The position numbers and the translations under genes are program-made. Below, one piece after another: positions 1-10,130 of a DNA stretch of 64,000 nucleotides; the first letter of the stretch is position 1, and the number at the start of each line of letters is the position of its first letter. This stretch comes from a virus: the IMG/VR virus record IMGVR_UViG_3300035682_000005. One strand, written 5' to 3'. The notes below the pieces were generated by a model. The model was not told the origin of the DNA. It made no database searches and was given only the letters and a program-made list of their open reading frames with translations.

Positions 1-469
1 TGGAGATTTTTTGAATGATAATGCTGCCCACATAGTTTTCATAAAACTCCATGTATTGTGAGCCTGGTGAGATGATGGTTTGTTGCCACACATCGAAAAA
101 CGTACGCTCTACCATAGAGTTTGTGCAAATGAATGTTGCGGTAAAATCTTCGTATAACACACCATATGGCATTTTTCGTACAGTACCAAAGATTCTGTGC
201 TCAGTTGATAGCAATTGTCTGCCTGGTATTGATATAGACTCAGCAAGCATTGAAACTTGGCTTGCTTTATTTTTTAAGAACCCAGTTTTGAAAAGATCCC
301 CGGCAGTGTTTGATATTGCACCCAGTAAATCGCCGCCAAGTCCTTGTTCAATTGCCGATGAGATATTCAAAAAAGCAGCTGGCGGTACAATGTTTAGAAC
401 ATACTGACACCCTAATGCAGGGCCACCAGATTTATTGATTATCTCTTTAATTGCGTTTACGTTTGCCAT
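1..469 (-). CDS. T4 gp54/gp19-family baseplate-tail tube junction protein (runs off window edge; absent from ORF track)
   Basis: Manual translation from ATG at 469: MANVNAIKEIINKSGG...ESISIPGRQLLSTEHRIFGTVRKMPYGVLYEDFTATF...ERTFFDVWQQTI...YENYVGSIIIQKI. This fits the tail-tube-fold pattern; adjacent to gp2 and gp4. Confidence 0.75.
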   Translation of the reverse strand, partial: MANVNAIKEIINKSGGPALGCQYVLNIVPPAAFLNISSAIEQGLGGDLLGAISNTAGDLFKTGFLKNKASQVSMLAESISIPGRQLLSTEHRIFGTVRKMPYGVLYEDFTATFICTNSMVERTFFDVWQQTIISPGSQYMEFYENYVGSIIIQKIS

Positions 470-1079
470 TTCTGTTTTCCTCTATGATTCGCCTCGATAT
501 GTTCCAGACTCTTCTCTTAGCCACTTTTACAAATCGTTCTGTTGGTAAAAACAGAGCAAGTTCCCACTCATCTGGTGTAAGAGTGTACAACATGTTTCCT
601 ATTTGAGATCGTTTGTATGACCGCAAACATGCCTGGTAGTGAACAAGTTTGTTTGACAGTTTTAACATCGAGTACGTTATATTTATTCTGATAACACCAG
701 CTACACTCGTTCTTTGATATGCTTCTAACTTGCTCATGAAATCCGCTCTATCACCAGGTGATAAGTAATGAAAATTCAGTCCTATGAATCCACCAGGTAT
801 CAACTTGATCACAAGTACAAGTGGAAACACATCATAATACTTCAGCTGGGCTTTTGTTGCAGGGTTGTACTTGAATGTGATAATGTTGCCTGGTATGGGC
901 TTGTTTGGGTAATTTGCTTTATCAAAGAACTTTTCTGGGTCTGTCTCGGTTGTGCCAAAGACATCTTTTATTTTTCGTTTGTACCAATTGAGAGAACGCA
1001 AGCTCATTTCAGCGAACTTCTCATTTTTTATAGAGAGTTCAACCATATCGTTAAAGTAAGTTCTTGGCTTGGTTTTCAT
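447..1079 (-). CDS. DNA end protector protein (T4 gp2-like)
   Basis: SLNWY, PGNIITFKYNPATKAQLKYYDVFPLV, GLNFHYL, EWELALFLPTERF motifs typical of gp2; synteny with gp4. Confidence 0.9.
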   Translation of the reverse strand: MKTKPRTYFNDMVELSIKNEKFAEMSLRSLNWYKRKIKDVFGTTETDPEKFFDKANYPNKPIPGNIITFKYNPATKAQLKYYDVFPLVLVIKLIPGGFIGLNFHYLSPGDRADFMSKLEAYQRTSVAGVIRINITYSMLKLSNKLVHYQACLRSYKRSQIGNMLYTLTPDEWELALFLPTERFVKVAKRRVWNISRRIIEENRNGKRKRN

Positions 1080-1091
1080 TAAAGGTATTTA

Positions 1092-1547
1092 TTAGCTTCC
1101 AAGAATTTTTATACCCAGTGTTGCAAGACTTTTCTCAGTCCATACTTGAAACGACGCGCCTTGTGCCTTTGCAGCATGAGATGCCGCTTTCCATTTTGCT
1201 TGATTCTTGACGTATTGATACACTTCGGTGATGTATCGTTTCTTTGATGTGCGAGTTGTTTTTTTGGATTGTTCAGGGGGTCGTGTGTATTTGTCAGGTT
1301 TCAACTCAATCCACAAATGCTTGCCGTCTTTGAACGTAGCTGTGAAATCAATAAAGTATCTGTGCCACGATCCGTCGGTGGGGCATAAATATGGAATGAC
1401 TACTTCTTCAGATGACCACGAGACAACACTTGGGTTACTATCACACCACATCATGACAGAAAATTCCCATGATGAGCGATAGTAGATGTTTTTATCATCA
1501 CCTAAATACTTCGATGGGTTTTTCAATTTAAACTGACCTTGGTGCAT
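1092..1547 (-). CDS. Head completion nuclease (T4 gp4-like, TnsA-like)
   Basis: KNPSKYLGD, YRSSWE, WCD, WSSEEVVIPY, HRYFIDF, IELKP, NQAKWKAA, WTE motifs. Confidence 0.93.
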   Translation of the reverse strand: MHQGQFKLKNPSKYLGDDKNIYYRSSWEFSVMMWCDSNPSVVSWSSEEVVIPYLCPTDGSWHRYFIDFTATFKDGKHLWIELKPDKYTRPPEQSKKTTRTSKKRYITEVYQYVKNQAKWKAASHAAKAQGASFQVWTEKSLATLGIKILGS

Positions 1548-2495
1548 ATGGCTGGCTTTTTAGACCTTGTAAAAAAATTAAAGGGATCTTCTGTTATTGA
1601 CGAACTTGCGTCAGCAGCTGGTGTGCCCTCATCACTTGTCAATCTATTTAACTCAGGTCCAGATGTGAATACATTTATGCCTGAGAATCCAACTCGTGAT
1701 GGTCAATCTGGTGAAAATGACGACAGGTCATATACAGACGGAAGCTCAATTTATTATCCACACGATCTTTTTGAGAATCAAACATCAGCTTACATATATT
1801 TTATGGTGCGTGACTCTCAGGCATCAAACTCTACCATGTATTCATCTGGCACTACAGCCACCGCAGGAAACACCGGCGCGGCAAGTTTGTTTAAACGCTT
1901 GGCGTTGTATATGCCGCCGTCAGTCAAAGTGAATTATGGCACTAAATGGGAAGAAGTTAGTTTGGCAGTAAGCAGAAACTTGGACATGGTAAAAAATATT
2001 GGGTCCGGCGGCACCGCCACGGAAGCAGCCATCATTGCGGGTATGGCGGCTGATAAGGCGATGGGTACTCAAGCATTTCAAAATGAGGCTGAATTTCGTT
2101 CAAAAGGTATTCTTGATCCTCAAGCAGCATTACTCTTCAAAGGTGTGGAGTTTAGAGAGTTTCAATTTGATTTTCAACTTCTTGCTAGAACAAAAGAAGA
2201 AAGTGAAAACATTCGCAAAATCATCAAAACATTTAAGTGGGCAATGCATCCAGCAAAAGGTGGTGGAGTTACATGGCAATACCCATGTTTTTTTGAAGTA
2301 TATCTTCTGACACCAACACGCAAGTACATGTTTAACATTATGAATTCTGCGCTCATCAGAATGGACGTTGACTATGGAGGCTCAGGCATTCCAGCATTCT
2401 TTAGAGAGAATGGTGCGCCCGTAGACATTCGATTGTCACTTACGTTCAAGGAACTTCAAGTATTGACGAAGGAAATGATTCTTAAAGATTACTAA
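1548..2495 (+). CDS. Baseplate tail-tube cap (T4 gp48-like)
   Basis: LYMPPSVKVNYG, LLFKGVEFREFQFDFQL, IIKTFKWAMHP, PVDIRLSLTFKE motifs; upstream of gp53; ATG at 1548 chosen. Confidence 0.88.
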   Translation: MAGFLDLVKKLKGSSVIDELASAAGVPSSLVNLFNSGPDVNTFMPENPTRDGQSGENDDRSYTDGSSIYYPHDLFENQTSAYIYFMVRDSQASNSTMYSSGTTATAGNTGAASLFKRLALYMPPSVKVNYGTKWEEVSLAVSRNLDMVKNIGSGGTATEAAIIAGMAADKAMGTQAFQNEAEFRSKGILDPQAALLFKGVEFREFQFDFQLLARTKEESENIRKIIKTFKWAMHPAKGGGVTWQYPCFFEVYLLTPTRKYMFNIMNSALIRMDVDYGGSGIPAFFRENGAPVDIRLSLTFKELQVLTKEMILKDY

Positions 2496-2497
2496 TT

Positions 2498-3028
2498 ATG
2501 AAACACTTTCATTACTTTCCTCAAGTAGAATACGGCGCCGAGACCGCAGTCAACATTATGGTCAGAGGCAAGATCAGAGATGCAATCTTGCAGCGCACAG
2601 CATTGTACTATAAGTACACTATTACACCAGGTGAACGACCAGACATTATTGCGGCAAAGTATTACGACAACCCACGACACACTTGGGCTCTTTTTTACGC
2701 AAACAACATGTTTCATCCAATACATGACTGGCCTATGGATGATGCAGTGTTCACAAAGTATCTTGAGACAAAATATGGTGTTTCATACCCACGTGGCGCC
2801 CTCGCATTTCCACACCACTATGAATTGCTAGATACGGCAACAAATAAGCGATTGATTATTGACGAAGCTACATACACGTTGTATAAAACAGACACAACTC
2901 GGAAAGTAAGATCTGTTAGTGTGTATCAACACGAAGTCGAAATGAATGATAACAAAAGAAATATCGTGATTCTTGACAAGTCATACATACTAGACTTGAC
3001 AAACGAGTTGAGCAAACTTTTCAAGTAA
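2498..3028 (+). CDS. Baseplate wedge subunit (T4 gp53-like, LysM-like)
   Basis: YFP, GERPDIIAAKYY, WALFYANNM, DWP, HHYE, NDNKRNI motifs. Confidence 0.9.
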   Translation: MKHFHYFPQVEYGAETAVNIMVRGKIRDAILQRTALYYKYTITPGERPDIIAAKYYDNPRHTWALFYANNMFHPIHDWPMDDAVFTKYLETKYGVSYPRGALAFPHHYELLDTATNKRLIIDEATYTLYKTDTTRKVRSVSVYQHEVEMNDNKRNIVILDKSYILDLTNELSKLFK

Positions 3029-3034
3029 TTCGCT

Positions 3035-4516
3035 ATGGCAACATTTCCACATGAGTATCAGTATAATCTCAAAGATCTGACACTTATATCACACACTGGT
3101 AAAGAGATTAGTCTGTACCCTCAGTTTGTTGAGTTTACGTTTGAAGAAACCATTTTTGGTACAACACTACATGGAACAATATTTGTTGTAGAGTCTATTG
3201 ATTTGCCTACAATGCTTCCCATGATTGGTGAAGAAAAGATCAGAATCTCATTCACGCGACTTGACGAGAACACTGGTGATGAGCTTAATCCAATTAGTTT
3301 TGAGATGCCCATATACTCACTGTATGGTAAAAAGCAAGATGGAAAATCAGGCAAACGTCAAACATACAATCTTGCATACTGCTCAAATGCAGTTTACAAA
3401 AATTTGAACGCCGTAGTTTCAAAATCGTTCAAGAGCATGCCATATAGCGACATTGTGAAAAACATCTATGAGACGTATTTGCAAGAAGATGGCAAACCTA
3501 TAGAAGTTGAGCCAACAAAAAGCGCAATGAACTATGTTGTGCAGAACCAACGACCAATTAAAGCTATCAAAACAATCTGCAAACGATCAACTTCAAACGA
3601 AGGTAACGGCTCGTTTTACGTGTTTTTTGAAGATCGAGACAAGTTCAATTTTGTCACAATGAGAAAATTAATAAAGCAAGATCCAATACGAACATTCTAT
3701 CAAGGCACAAAAAACATGCCCACGCCTGGTGAAGGCCCCCTTGCTCGTGCGTTTAAGAATCTGTCGCAAGACATGTACAATGCATCGACAGTAAAAGAAG
3801 AAAGTGGCTTTGATATACTGTCTTCTGCAATGAAAGGTGAGGGTGCATCGAGTATTTTAACGGTCGATCCAATTCGCAGAAACTTTTCATTCAAAACGTT
3901 TGACTTGCGTGGGCAACCACAAGAGCAATCAAACACTCAGACTGGAGAACAATCACCTGCACAATTAATTATTGACGGTATAACAAAATTGATTGGTTCG
4001 CCTGCACCACTTGAATTCATAACAGGCTCAGACTTTGCGTCTATTGTTGGTGAAGCCGCATCAAAGTCATTTACAAACAACAACAAGATGTTTGTGAACC
4101 CTCGAACTAATCTTAAAGTTGTCATTGGTGATTCTGGGCAAGATACTCAAGAGTACATATCACAAAAAGATCCCTCAGTTAGACCATACGCACCAGAAGA
4201 GTTCTTAAATCAACGTGAGGCAGAGAAGGCTAGCTTTTTGAAGCATGTTATATCAGCATCGTTACCTGGTGATCCAACAATCAAAGTTGGCTCCGTCGTG
4301 AAGTTTGACATACCAGAAAAGACTGGTCGTATTAGTGATCAGAATCCAGAAGAATTGGATAAGTATCTTCAAGGCAACTACATTGTAGTGAGTGTTGCAC
4401 ACATTGTAACAAAAGATAGTTACAAAATGAATGTGGAACTTATGAAAAACTCTCCAGAGAACGATATCAATCCACGCGACTTGTTTAATGAGTATGGAAT
4501 TCGCACTGACGAATAA
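3035..4516 (+). CDS. Putative baseplate hub protein (gp27/phage late control D-like)
   Basis: Follows gp53; LPMIGEEKI, FFEDRDKFNF, PGDPTIKVGSVVKF and GNYIVVSVAH motifs resemble hub proteins of T4-like phages. Confidence 0.65.
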   Translation: MATFPHEYQYNLKDLTLISHTGKEISLYPQFVEFTFEETIFGTTLHGTIFVVESIDLPTMLPMIGEEKIRISFTRLDENTGDELNPISFEMPIYSLYGKKQDGKSGKRQTYNLAYCSNAVYKNLNAVVSKSFKSMPYSDIVKNIYETYLQEDGKPIEVEPTKSAMNYVVQNQRPIKAIKTICKRSTSNEGNGSFYVFFEDRDKFNFVTMRKLIKQDPIRTFYQGTKNMPTPGEGPLARAFKNLSQDMYNASTVKEESGFDILSSAMKGEGASSILTVDPIRRNFSFKTFDLRGQPQEQSNTQTGEQSPAQLIIDGITKLIGSPAPLEFITGSDFASIVGEAASKSFTNNNKMFVNPRTNLKVVIGDSGQDTQEYISQKDPSVRPYAPEEFLNQREAEKASFLKHVISASLPGDPTIKVGSVVKFDIPEKTGRISDQNPEELDKYLQGNYIVVSVAHIVTKDSYKMNVELMKNSPENDINPRDLFNEYGIRTDE

Positions 4517-4805
4517 TACTTCCATCCATTCTTGGCAATTCAGTTGAATTATTTACTAGACTGTTCTTCAGCCTGTGTTATACTGTACTCATCCTTATTT
4601 AAGGGGAATTGTAAAAGTGACTAATAAGAAAGTGTCTGATCACAAAGACAATAAAAAAACTAAAGATGTTTCCGAAGAGTTGAAACGAAAAAAAGCTCTC
4701 AAGAAACTTCAACAAGAAGATGAAGAGGAGAACTACTTTTCTGAGCTACTAGAAGACGTTGATGATGACGTATATCAAATGCTCAAGAAATTGAAGTAAT
4801 TTATT

Positions 4806-5225
4806 ATGAATCGTAAATTGTATTACCTTGCTTCACCATATACACACAAAGATCCTGTTATTAAGAAGCATCGCGCAGACGCCGTAACAGAAACCGCCGT
4901 TGATCTATTACACCATGGCATATTTGTATTTGCACCTATCTCATATAACGAGCCGTGGGAAAAATATAATCTTCCTGGAGATTGGAACTTTTGGTGCGAA
5001 TTTGATAAAACATTTGTAGAGCGTTGCGACGGTGGCATCATTGTGTTAATGCTTGATGGATGGGATAAGAGCGTCGGCGTTACAGCCGAGATTGATTTTG
5101 CAAAATCTTGCGGACTTCCCATATACTATGCGACACAAGATCAGATCAAAAATGGAGACCTGAGTTTCTTGATGCCCGAATCATCGAAACAGCGCGGATT
5201 GTTCTGTGCGTATTCTAAACTATAG
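4806..5225 (+). CDS. DUF1937-like / nucleoside 2-deoxyribosyltransferase-fold protein
   Basis: YLASPYT...FAPI...W..FD..FVERCD..IVLMLDGWDKSVGVTAEIDFAK..GLPI signature. Confidence 0.75.
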   Translation: MNRKLYYLASPYTHKDPVIKKHRADAVTETAVDLLHHGIFVFAPISYNEPWEKYNLPGDWNFWCEFDKTFVERCDGGIIVLMLDGWDKSVGVTAEIDFAKSCGLPIYYATQDQIKNGDLSFLMPESSKQRGLFCAYSKL

Positions 5226-5233
5226 GATGAATT

Positions 5234-5521
5234 ATGCCATACATTAAACAAGACCACAGAAAGCAACTAGAATCGTCGCTCAGTGATTTGGCACAAAACA
5301 TTGCAGAAACCGCAGGCAACGATATTTCAGTTTTACCTGGTTTGTTGAACTACACTATAACATGTCTTGTTAAACGGTGCTACGCAGCATTCAAAACAAA
5401 GATGTCATATGCAGATCACAATGCAGTGGTGGGAATGCTCGATTGTGCAAAGATGGAGTTTTATCGCAGAGCAACAGCACCATATGAAGATGAAAAGGTG
5501 ATAGAAAATGGTGATGTGTAA
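5234..5521 (+). CDS. Conserved hypothetical phage protein
   Basis: MPYIKQ..R, G.LNY.IT, GMLDCAKMEFYRR..APYED.K...NGDV pattern recurrent in phages. Confidence 0.7.
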   Translation: MPYIKQDHRKQLESSLSDLAQNIAETAGNDISVLPGLLNYTITCLVKRCYAAFKTKMSYADHNAVVGMLDCAKMEFYRRATAPYEDEKVIENGDV

Positions 5522-5870
5522 CGGTGATACTTTTGTTGGTGTTGCTTACACAGGCTGAGCAGACAAGTCTGTTCAGAGGTAATGAAGAATTTGGTATATT
5601 GTTTACTACATTTAGAAAATTGTGGGAGATTGAAAATGAGTGCGACTGTTGTAGATCCAATAGCTGTAAAAATTGCACAAAAATTAAGCGTCATTCGTAC
5701 GGCCGAACGAGAAAAGGTTGTATCACAAAACAAACTAGAGTCTTTGCTTGAAGAAGTTGATGTTGAAAAAGAGCGCCTAAATAGGCTTGATTCAATCATC
5801 ACATCGACAAAATATCAGATAACACACTGTATAAACGATTCGCAAGAATTGTCTGTTGTTGGAGAATAAT

Positions 5871-6098
5871 ATGGTCAAGAAATTTCTTATGGGGTTTATT
5901 ATAGGGGCAACAATCACTAGCACGTTTTGTGGTTGTGCTACGAAAGTTAAAGGTGGCGCAGGCGTCGTATCGCAGCAAGTGGTTGCTTGTGTTGATCCAG
6001 AGCAGTGCAAAAAGACCATGGCTAAAGATTGTAAAAAAGGTGGCACTATTCACAAAATAGCACCTGCAATTGCTGTACAATATTCGTGCAATCCTTAA
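5871..6098 (+). CDS. Small Cys-rich putative lipoprotein
   Basis: GGAG SD; MVKK plus hydrophobic stretch ending in FCG-C lipobox-like motif; four further Cys. Confidence 0.5.
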   Translation: MVKKFLMGFIIGATITSTFCGCATKVKGGAGVVSQQVVACVDPEQCKKTMAKDCKKGGTIHKIAPAIAVQYSCNP

Positions 6099-6100
6099 TC

Positions 6101-6634
6101 ATGTCCATGTTGAAACGAGCAAAAGCTATCTTACAAAAGCTAACAGCTCGAAAAGAGTTGCAAAAACCTTTTTTGCCTAAAAATAAGATGCTTGTACTTC
6201 GACCCGACGGTAGTTGGATTTTAAACGACAGTCAAGCGCCGCCGCCTGTGCAGCCTGCAATACCAAACCCAAGTCCGTGGCATTCTTATGGACCCCTTGA
6301 TCCAGTTGTTCAAGATATCGATAGAGTGCCCGACTTGCATCCAGAATCAAAAGACTTAAATAAGAAACTGAATGAATGCATGGCAGCGAACGTCATCACA
6401 TCATGCTCGCATTCAGTTGATTACAACAACATTTACACACTTGTTGTTGAGTTGCCAAGTTCTGGTGAGACCGTTATCGACACGAATCAGATCAATGCAT
6501 TTATTAAAGCAATGCAGTTGAGATATGATTTGAAACTTGCGAGAAAAGAGCGTTGTGTTAGTTCTGTATCAAACATAGTATTTAACACGTTGGTGTTTGA
6601 GTATGACATGAGATCGAACTTGTTTAAGAAGTAA
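6101..6634 (+). CDS. Hypothetical protein; C-terminal half resembles the small paralog family
   Basis: Pro-rich linker, then DLNKKLNECMAANVI...QINAFIKAMQLRY. Confidence 0.5.
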   Translation: MSMLKRAKAILQKLTARKELQKPFLPKNKMLVLRPDGSWILNDSQAPPPVQPAIPNPSPWHSYGPLDPVVQDIDRVPDLHPESKDLNKKLNECMAANVITSCSHSVDYNNIYTLVVELPSSGETVIDTNQINAFIKAMQLRYDLKLARKERCVSSVSNIVFNTLVFEYDMRSNLFKK

Positions 6635-6822
6635 TATGACCATGGCAAAAATTTACGATTACACTCGTTTTAAAATTTTGCGAGAAATTAAAGACCTTGA
6701 AAATTTTGTTCGACTCAAGTACGAACAAGCTAAGAAGAATGAGTTTATGTGGTTTGATCATTACACTGTCACTAATGCTCGTTCACGCGTTGACGAATTA
6801 AAAAAAGAACTTGAGGCACTGA

Positions 6823-7107
6823 ATGATTCATCAATTTCTGAAGAATAAAACGATTAAAAAATTGCTTGTCGAGTTGAATCGCGCTAAAAAACACGGGCAC
6901 ATTGTTTTCATTACGGATATTACAGACATAAAAATTCCTGGAGGTTGCTCAGAAGTGGTCGGAATAGAAATCATTTTTACAGACAAAATCACAGACGATC
7001 AAGTGTGTAAGATTAGAAAGTATATTGAAGCCAACTACAAGTTTAAAGTTGATACGTCACTGATGGAACTTGGAAGAATACCAAGAATATTGCTCGTTAT
7101 GTACTAA
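6823..7107 (+). CDS. Small paralog-family protein
   Basis: KTIKKLLVELNRAKKHGHI...IIFTDKITDDQVCKIRKYIEANY fits family consensus. Confidence 0.75.
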   Translation: MIHQFLKNKTIKKLLVELNRAKKHGHIVFITDITDIKIPGGCSEVVGIEIIFTDKITDDQVCKIRKYIEANYKFKVDTSLMELGRIPRILLVMY

Positions 7108-7135
7108 TATATACTTGTGAGAATATGACAAACGT

Positions 7136-7501
7136 GTGATTCTTATGCAGAGTAATTCAACAATAGACAAACAAAAAGCTATTCTTGAAGAATTCATGAA
7201 AGCGCAACACAATGGTTTCATTCTTACCATCGACATTGAACTAAAAGAAAAGTCTGGCAAAATCATTTACGATCCAGATGCTGCTATGTATCGCAACAAT
7301 GAATGGGAAGATCGCTCCGCAATAACAAGTGATCAATATGTACAAGATTTAAACAACGTTCCAGAGTACAAAACGCTATACATACGATTTACTGAAGGTG
7401 TTAATAGTGAAGCAATTTTTAAAATTAAAGAGTACGTTGCACAGAAGTATCAATGTCAATGTGCAGTATACGACAGACGCATAACTGTTTTTGACTTTTG
7501 A
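7136..7501 (+). CDS. Small paralog-family protein (with insertion)
   Basis: ILEEFMKAQHNGFI...IRFTEGVNSEAIFKIKEYVAQKY. Confidence 0.7.
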   Translation: MILMQSNSTIDKQKAILEEFMKAQHNGFILTIDIELKEKSGKIIYDPDAAMYRNNEWEDRSAITSDQYVQDLNNVPEYKTLYIRFTEGVNSEAIFKIKEYVAQKYQCQCAVYDRRITVFDF

Positions 7502-7516
7502 TTACTGAGATTTATT

Positions 7517-8794
7517 ATGACAATATTTCACGACAGAGTAAGCAAGCACATTCTAGTAGACCATTTTGATGTTGTGTACGACATCAACAAAAGTTTTGGT
7601 AATTTCATAGTTGATAAAAACACAGGCCGTCAATTGCTTGATGCATTCAGTTTTATAGCAAGCAATCCTATTGGACACAATCACCCAAAGATGTTTGATC
7701 CAATATTTGAGTCGCGTCTACTGAGAGTTGCACGAACCAACCCATCAAACTCAGATATCCTTACTGAAGAGTATGTTGAGTTTATTGAAACGTTTTTTAA
7801 TGTAGCAGTGCCAAGCTATTTTAAAGACTCATTTTTCATTGCTGGCGGCAGCCTTGCGGTAGAAAATGCATTGAAAGCCGCATTTGACTGGAAATATCGC
7901 AAGCTCAAAGAACGAGGCATTGTAGCCAATCCAGATGACTTGAAGGTATTACACTTCAAAAATTCGTTTCATGGCAGATCTGGTTATACACTTTCAGTGA
8001 CAAACACCGCAGATACCCGAAAGTATGATCTTTTTCCAAAGTTTCCTAACTGGCCACGACTCGAAGCTCCATACACACACGAATTGATTGGCGTGGAAGA
8101 GCAAGCAAAACGCGACACGGAATTTTTGCAGTATGCAGACGATGTTGTGACTAAGCTGGGACACAGCGTTGCGGCAATCTTGATTGAACCAATTCAAGGT
8201 GAAGGTGGAGACAACCATTTCACAAAACAATTTCATCAAGGGTTGAGAAAACTTGCCGATGATAAAGAGATGATTTTGATATACGATGAAGTGCAAACTG
8301 GCGTGGGGCTGACTGGCAAAATGTGGGCACATCAACACTATGATGTAAAGCCAGATATTATTTCATTTGGAAAAAAAATGCAGGTGTGTGGCATTCTCAG
8401 TGGTGACAGAATTCGAGAAGTGAAAAACAATGTGTTTGAAGAAAAATCGCGCATCAACTCAACATGGGGTGGCAATCTCACAGACTTTGTTCGTGCACAG
8501 AGATATCTTGAGATCATTCATGAAGATAATCTTGTTGATAATGCATCAATCGTTGGTGAATATCTGCTGGCTGGATTGAAAAATCTTGGAGTGATGAACG
8601 CTCGTGGAAAAGGACTGATGTGTGCATTTGACATGCCAACTCCACAAGACCGTGATGCTCTTGTGAAAAGGTGCTACGACAATGGATTGTTTTTGCTTGG
8701 ATGTGGAACAGTTTCAGTGCGAGTGCGTCCATCGTTGACGTTCTCCAAATCCAATGTTGATCAACTTTTGGATATTGTCAAAAAGTCGTTATAA
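7517..8794 (+). CDS. lat: L-lysine 6-aminotransferase (class III PLP aminotransferase)
   Basis: NPSNSD, GGSLAVENALKAAFDWK, FHGRSGYTLSVTNT, EPIQGEGGDNHF, DEVQTG, FGKK (PLP Lys), RINSTWGGNL motifs characteristic of LAT. Confidence 0.9.
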   Translation: MTIFHDRVSKHILVDHFDVVYDINKSFGNFIVDKNTGRQLLDAFSFIASNPIGHNHPKMFDPIFESRLLRVARTNPSNSDILTEEYVEFIETFFNVAVPSYFKDSFFIAGGSLAVENALKAAFDWKYRKLKERGIVANPDDLKVLHFKNSFHGRSGYTLSVTNTADTRKYDLFPKFPNWPRLEAPYTHELIGVEEQAKRDTEFLQYADDVVTKLGHSVAAILIEPIQGEGGDNHFTKQFHQGLRKLADDKEMILIYDEVQTGVGLTGKMWAHQHYDVKPDIISFGKKMQVCGILSGDRIREVKNNVFEEKSRINSTWGGNLTDFVRAQRYLEIIHEDNLVDNASIVGEYLLAGLKNLGVMNARGKGLMCAFDMPTPQDRDALVKRCYDNGLFLLGCGTVSVRVRPSLTFSKSNVDQLLDIVKKSL

Positions 8795-8831
8795 AATTGA
8801 CATTGGATTTCCTGGTTGATATATTTGTTAA

Positions 8832-10097
8832 ATGATAATTCGTCAATGTATCCAAGTTCTTGCAATTTTTATCATTTCTTTAATCGCAGTAAATTCAAGC
8901 ACAGCAGAACAAACAATACAGCGAATAGAGCCACGAGTCATTCGCACACACGTCCGTACGTACGGAACAGTCACAATTCGCCTTACTCACGAAAAGTTAT
9001 TTGCAGTTGATACAAGCGCAAACTTTTATCAAGGCGAAATTAAACTTCGATCTGGTTTATTTCCCGTTGCTGCATCAGAAATCAATGGAGAGATGAGACT
9101 TACATTCAATGGTAGAATTACAGGATCGCGAAAAAGCAGACAGAGAACAATTACAATCAAGTCTCGCAACAATTTCAACACAGTTCGTGTTAGCTCAATG
9201 CCACGGAGTGCTAACCCAGAAAAAGCGTGTGCGACAGAAAGTCATGATCATAGCAACACAGTCCATGCAAGTGCAGTCGATCAAGACGCAGCAAAAATCA
9301 AAGTCATCACGATTAGCACGACTGCCGATGTTGAATGGGTATCACGATTTGGTTCCAGTTCAAATGCAGAAATTGCAAGCATTATTAATACAGCCGAAGC
9401 ACTGTATGAAAGACAACTTGGCATTCGTTTTCAGATAGTATCTCAAAGTTTACAAACAGACAGCACACCTGAGTTGGATCCATCTTTAATTCTTAAAACA
9501 TTTCAATCAACAGAGCCAGTCAAAGCGAATGTAAACTATCTTTTTACTGGCAAAGATATGTCCGGTGCCACCATTGGAATAGCATACGTTGGATCAATCT
9601 GCTACGCGCCAGCATATGCATACGGTGTCGTGCAGTTTTACAACACACTCACATCAAGCGTGTTTGCTCATGAGTTGGGACACAATCTTGGCGCGCGACA
9701 TGACTTCTCAAATTATGGAAGTCTTATGTATCCGTCAATTTCGCCTGGCACACCATACTTTTCATTAACCAGTCTTAATGAGATCAACACATTTTTGTCA
9801 TACTTTAGTTCGTGTCTGGCAGTTGAAGAAGTGCCGGCGCAAAACACACCGGCAAAAATTAAAATTCAGACATCCAAACGCACTGCTACTGTTACTATTC
9901 TTGATACAAAAAACCAACCTATTGCTAATGAGCCAGTGACCTTTATTACAAAAGGACTTACACGCTCAGGCAAAACAAACTCGCGCGGCAAAGCAAGCAT
10001 CATTTTCTTTAATAAACGAGGCACGAAGATCCGATTGACTGTTAGATCGGATAACAATTTGGGGTTGCGAAAAACAATTACCTTCAAAATCAAATAA
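8832..10097 (+). CDS. Secreted M12/reprolysin-like zinc metalloprotease (metzincin)
   Basis: N-terminal signal peptide; pro-region ACATESHDH; HELGHNLGARHD zinc motif; Met-turn LMYP; basic beta-rich C-terminal domain. Confidence 0.88.
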   Translation: MIIRQCIQVLAIFIISLIAVNSSTAEQTIQRIEPRVIRTHVRTYGTVTIRLTHEKLFAVDTSANFYQGEIKLRSGLFPVAASEINGEMRLTFNGRITGSRKSRQRTITIKSRNNFNTVRVSSMPRSANPEKACATESHDHSNTVHASAVDQDAAKIKVITISTTADVEWVSRFGSSSNAEIASIINTAEALYERQLGIRFQIVSQSLQTDSTPELDPSLILKTFQSTEPVKANVNYLFTGKDMSGATIGIAYVGSICYAPAYAYGVVQFYNTLTSSVFAHELGHNLGARHDFSNYGSLMYPSISPGTPYFSLTSLNEINTFLSYFSSCLAVEEVPAQNTPAKIKIQTSKRTATVTILDTKNQPIANEPVTFITKGLTRSGKTNSRGKASIIFFNKRGTKIRLTVRSDNNLGLRKTITFKIK

Positions 10098-10130
10098 ATA
10101 AATGAAACCAGTTTTATCAAGAGATCGCAC

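Noticed and set aside
51-407. Plus-strand 118-aa ORF
   Set aside because: Antisense shadow of the gp54-like gene on the minus strand.
1092-1547. Tn7 TnsA transposase
   Set aside because: Same fold, but the context (gp2, gp48, gp53) identifies it as head completion protein gp4; no other Tn7 genes are present.
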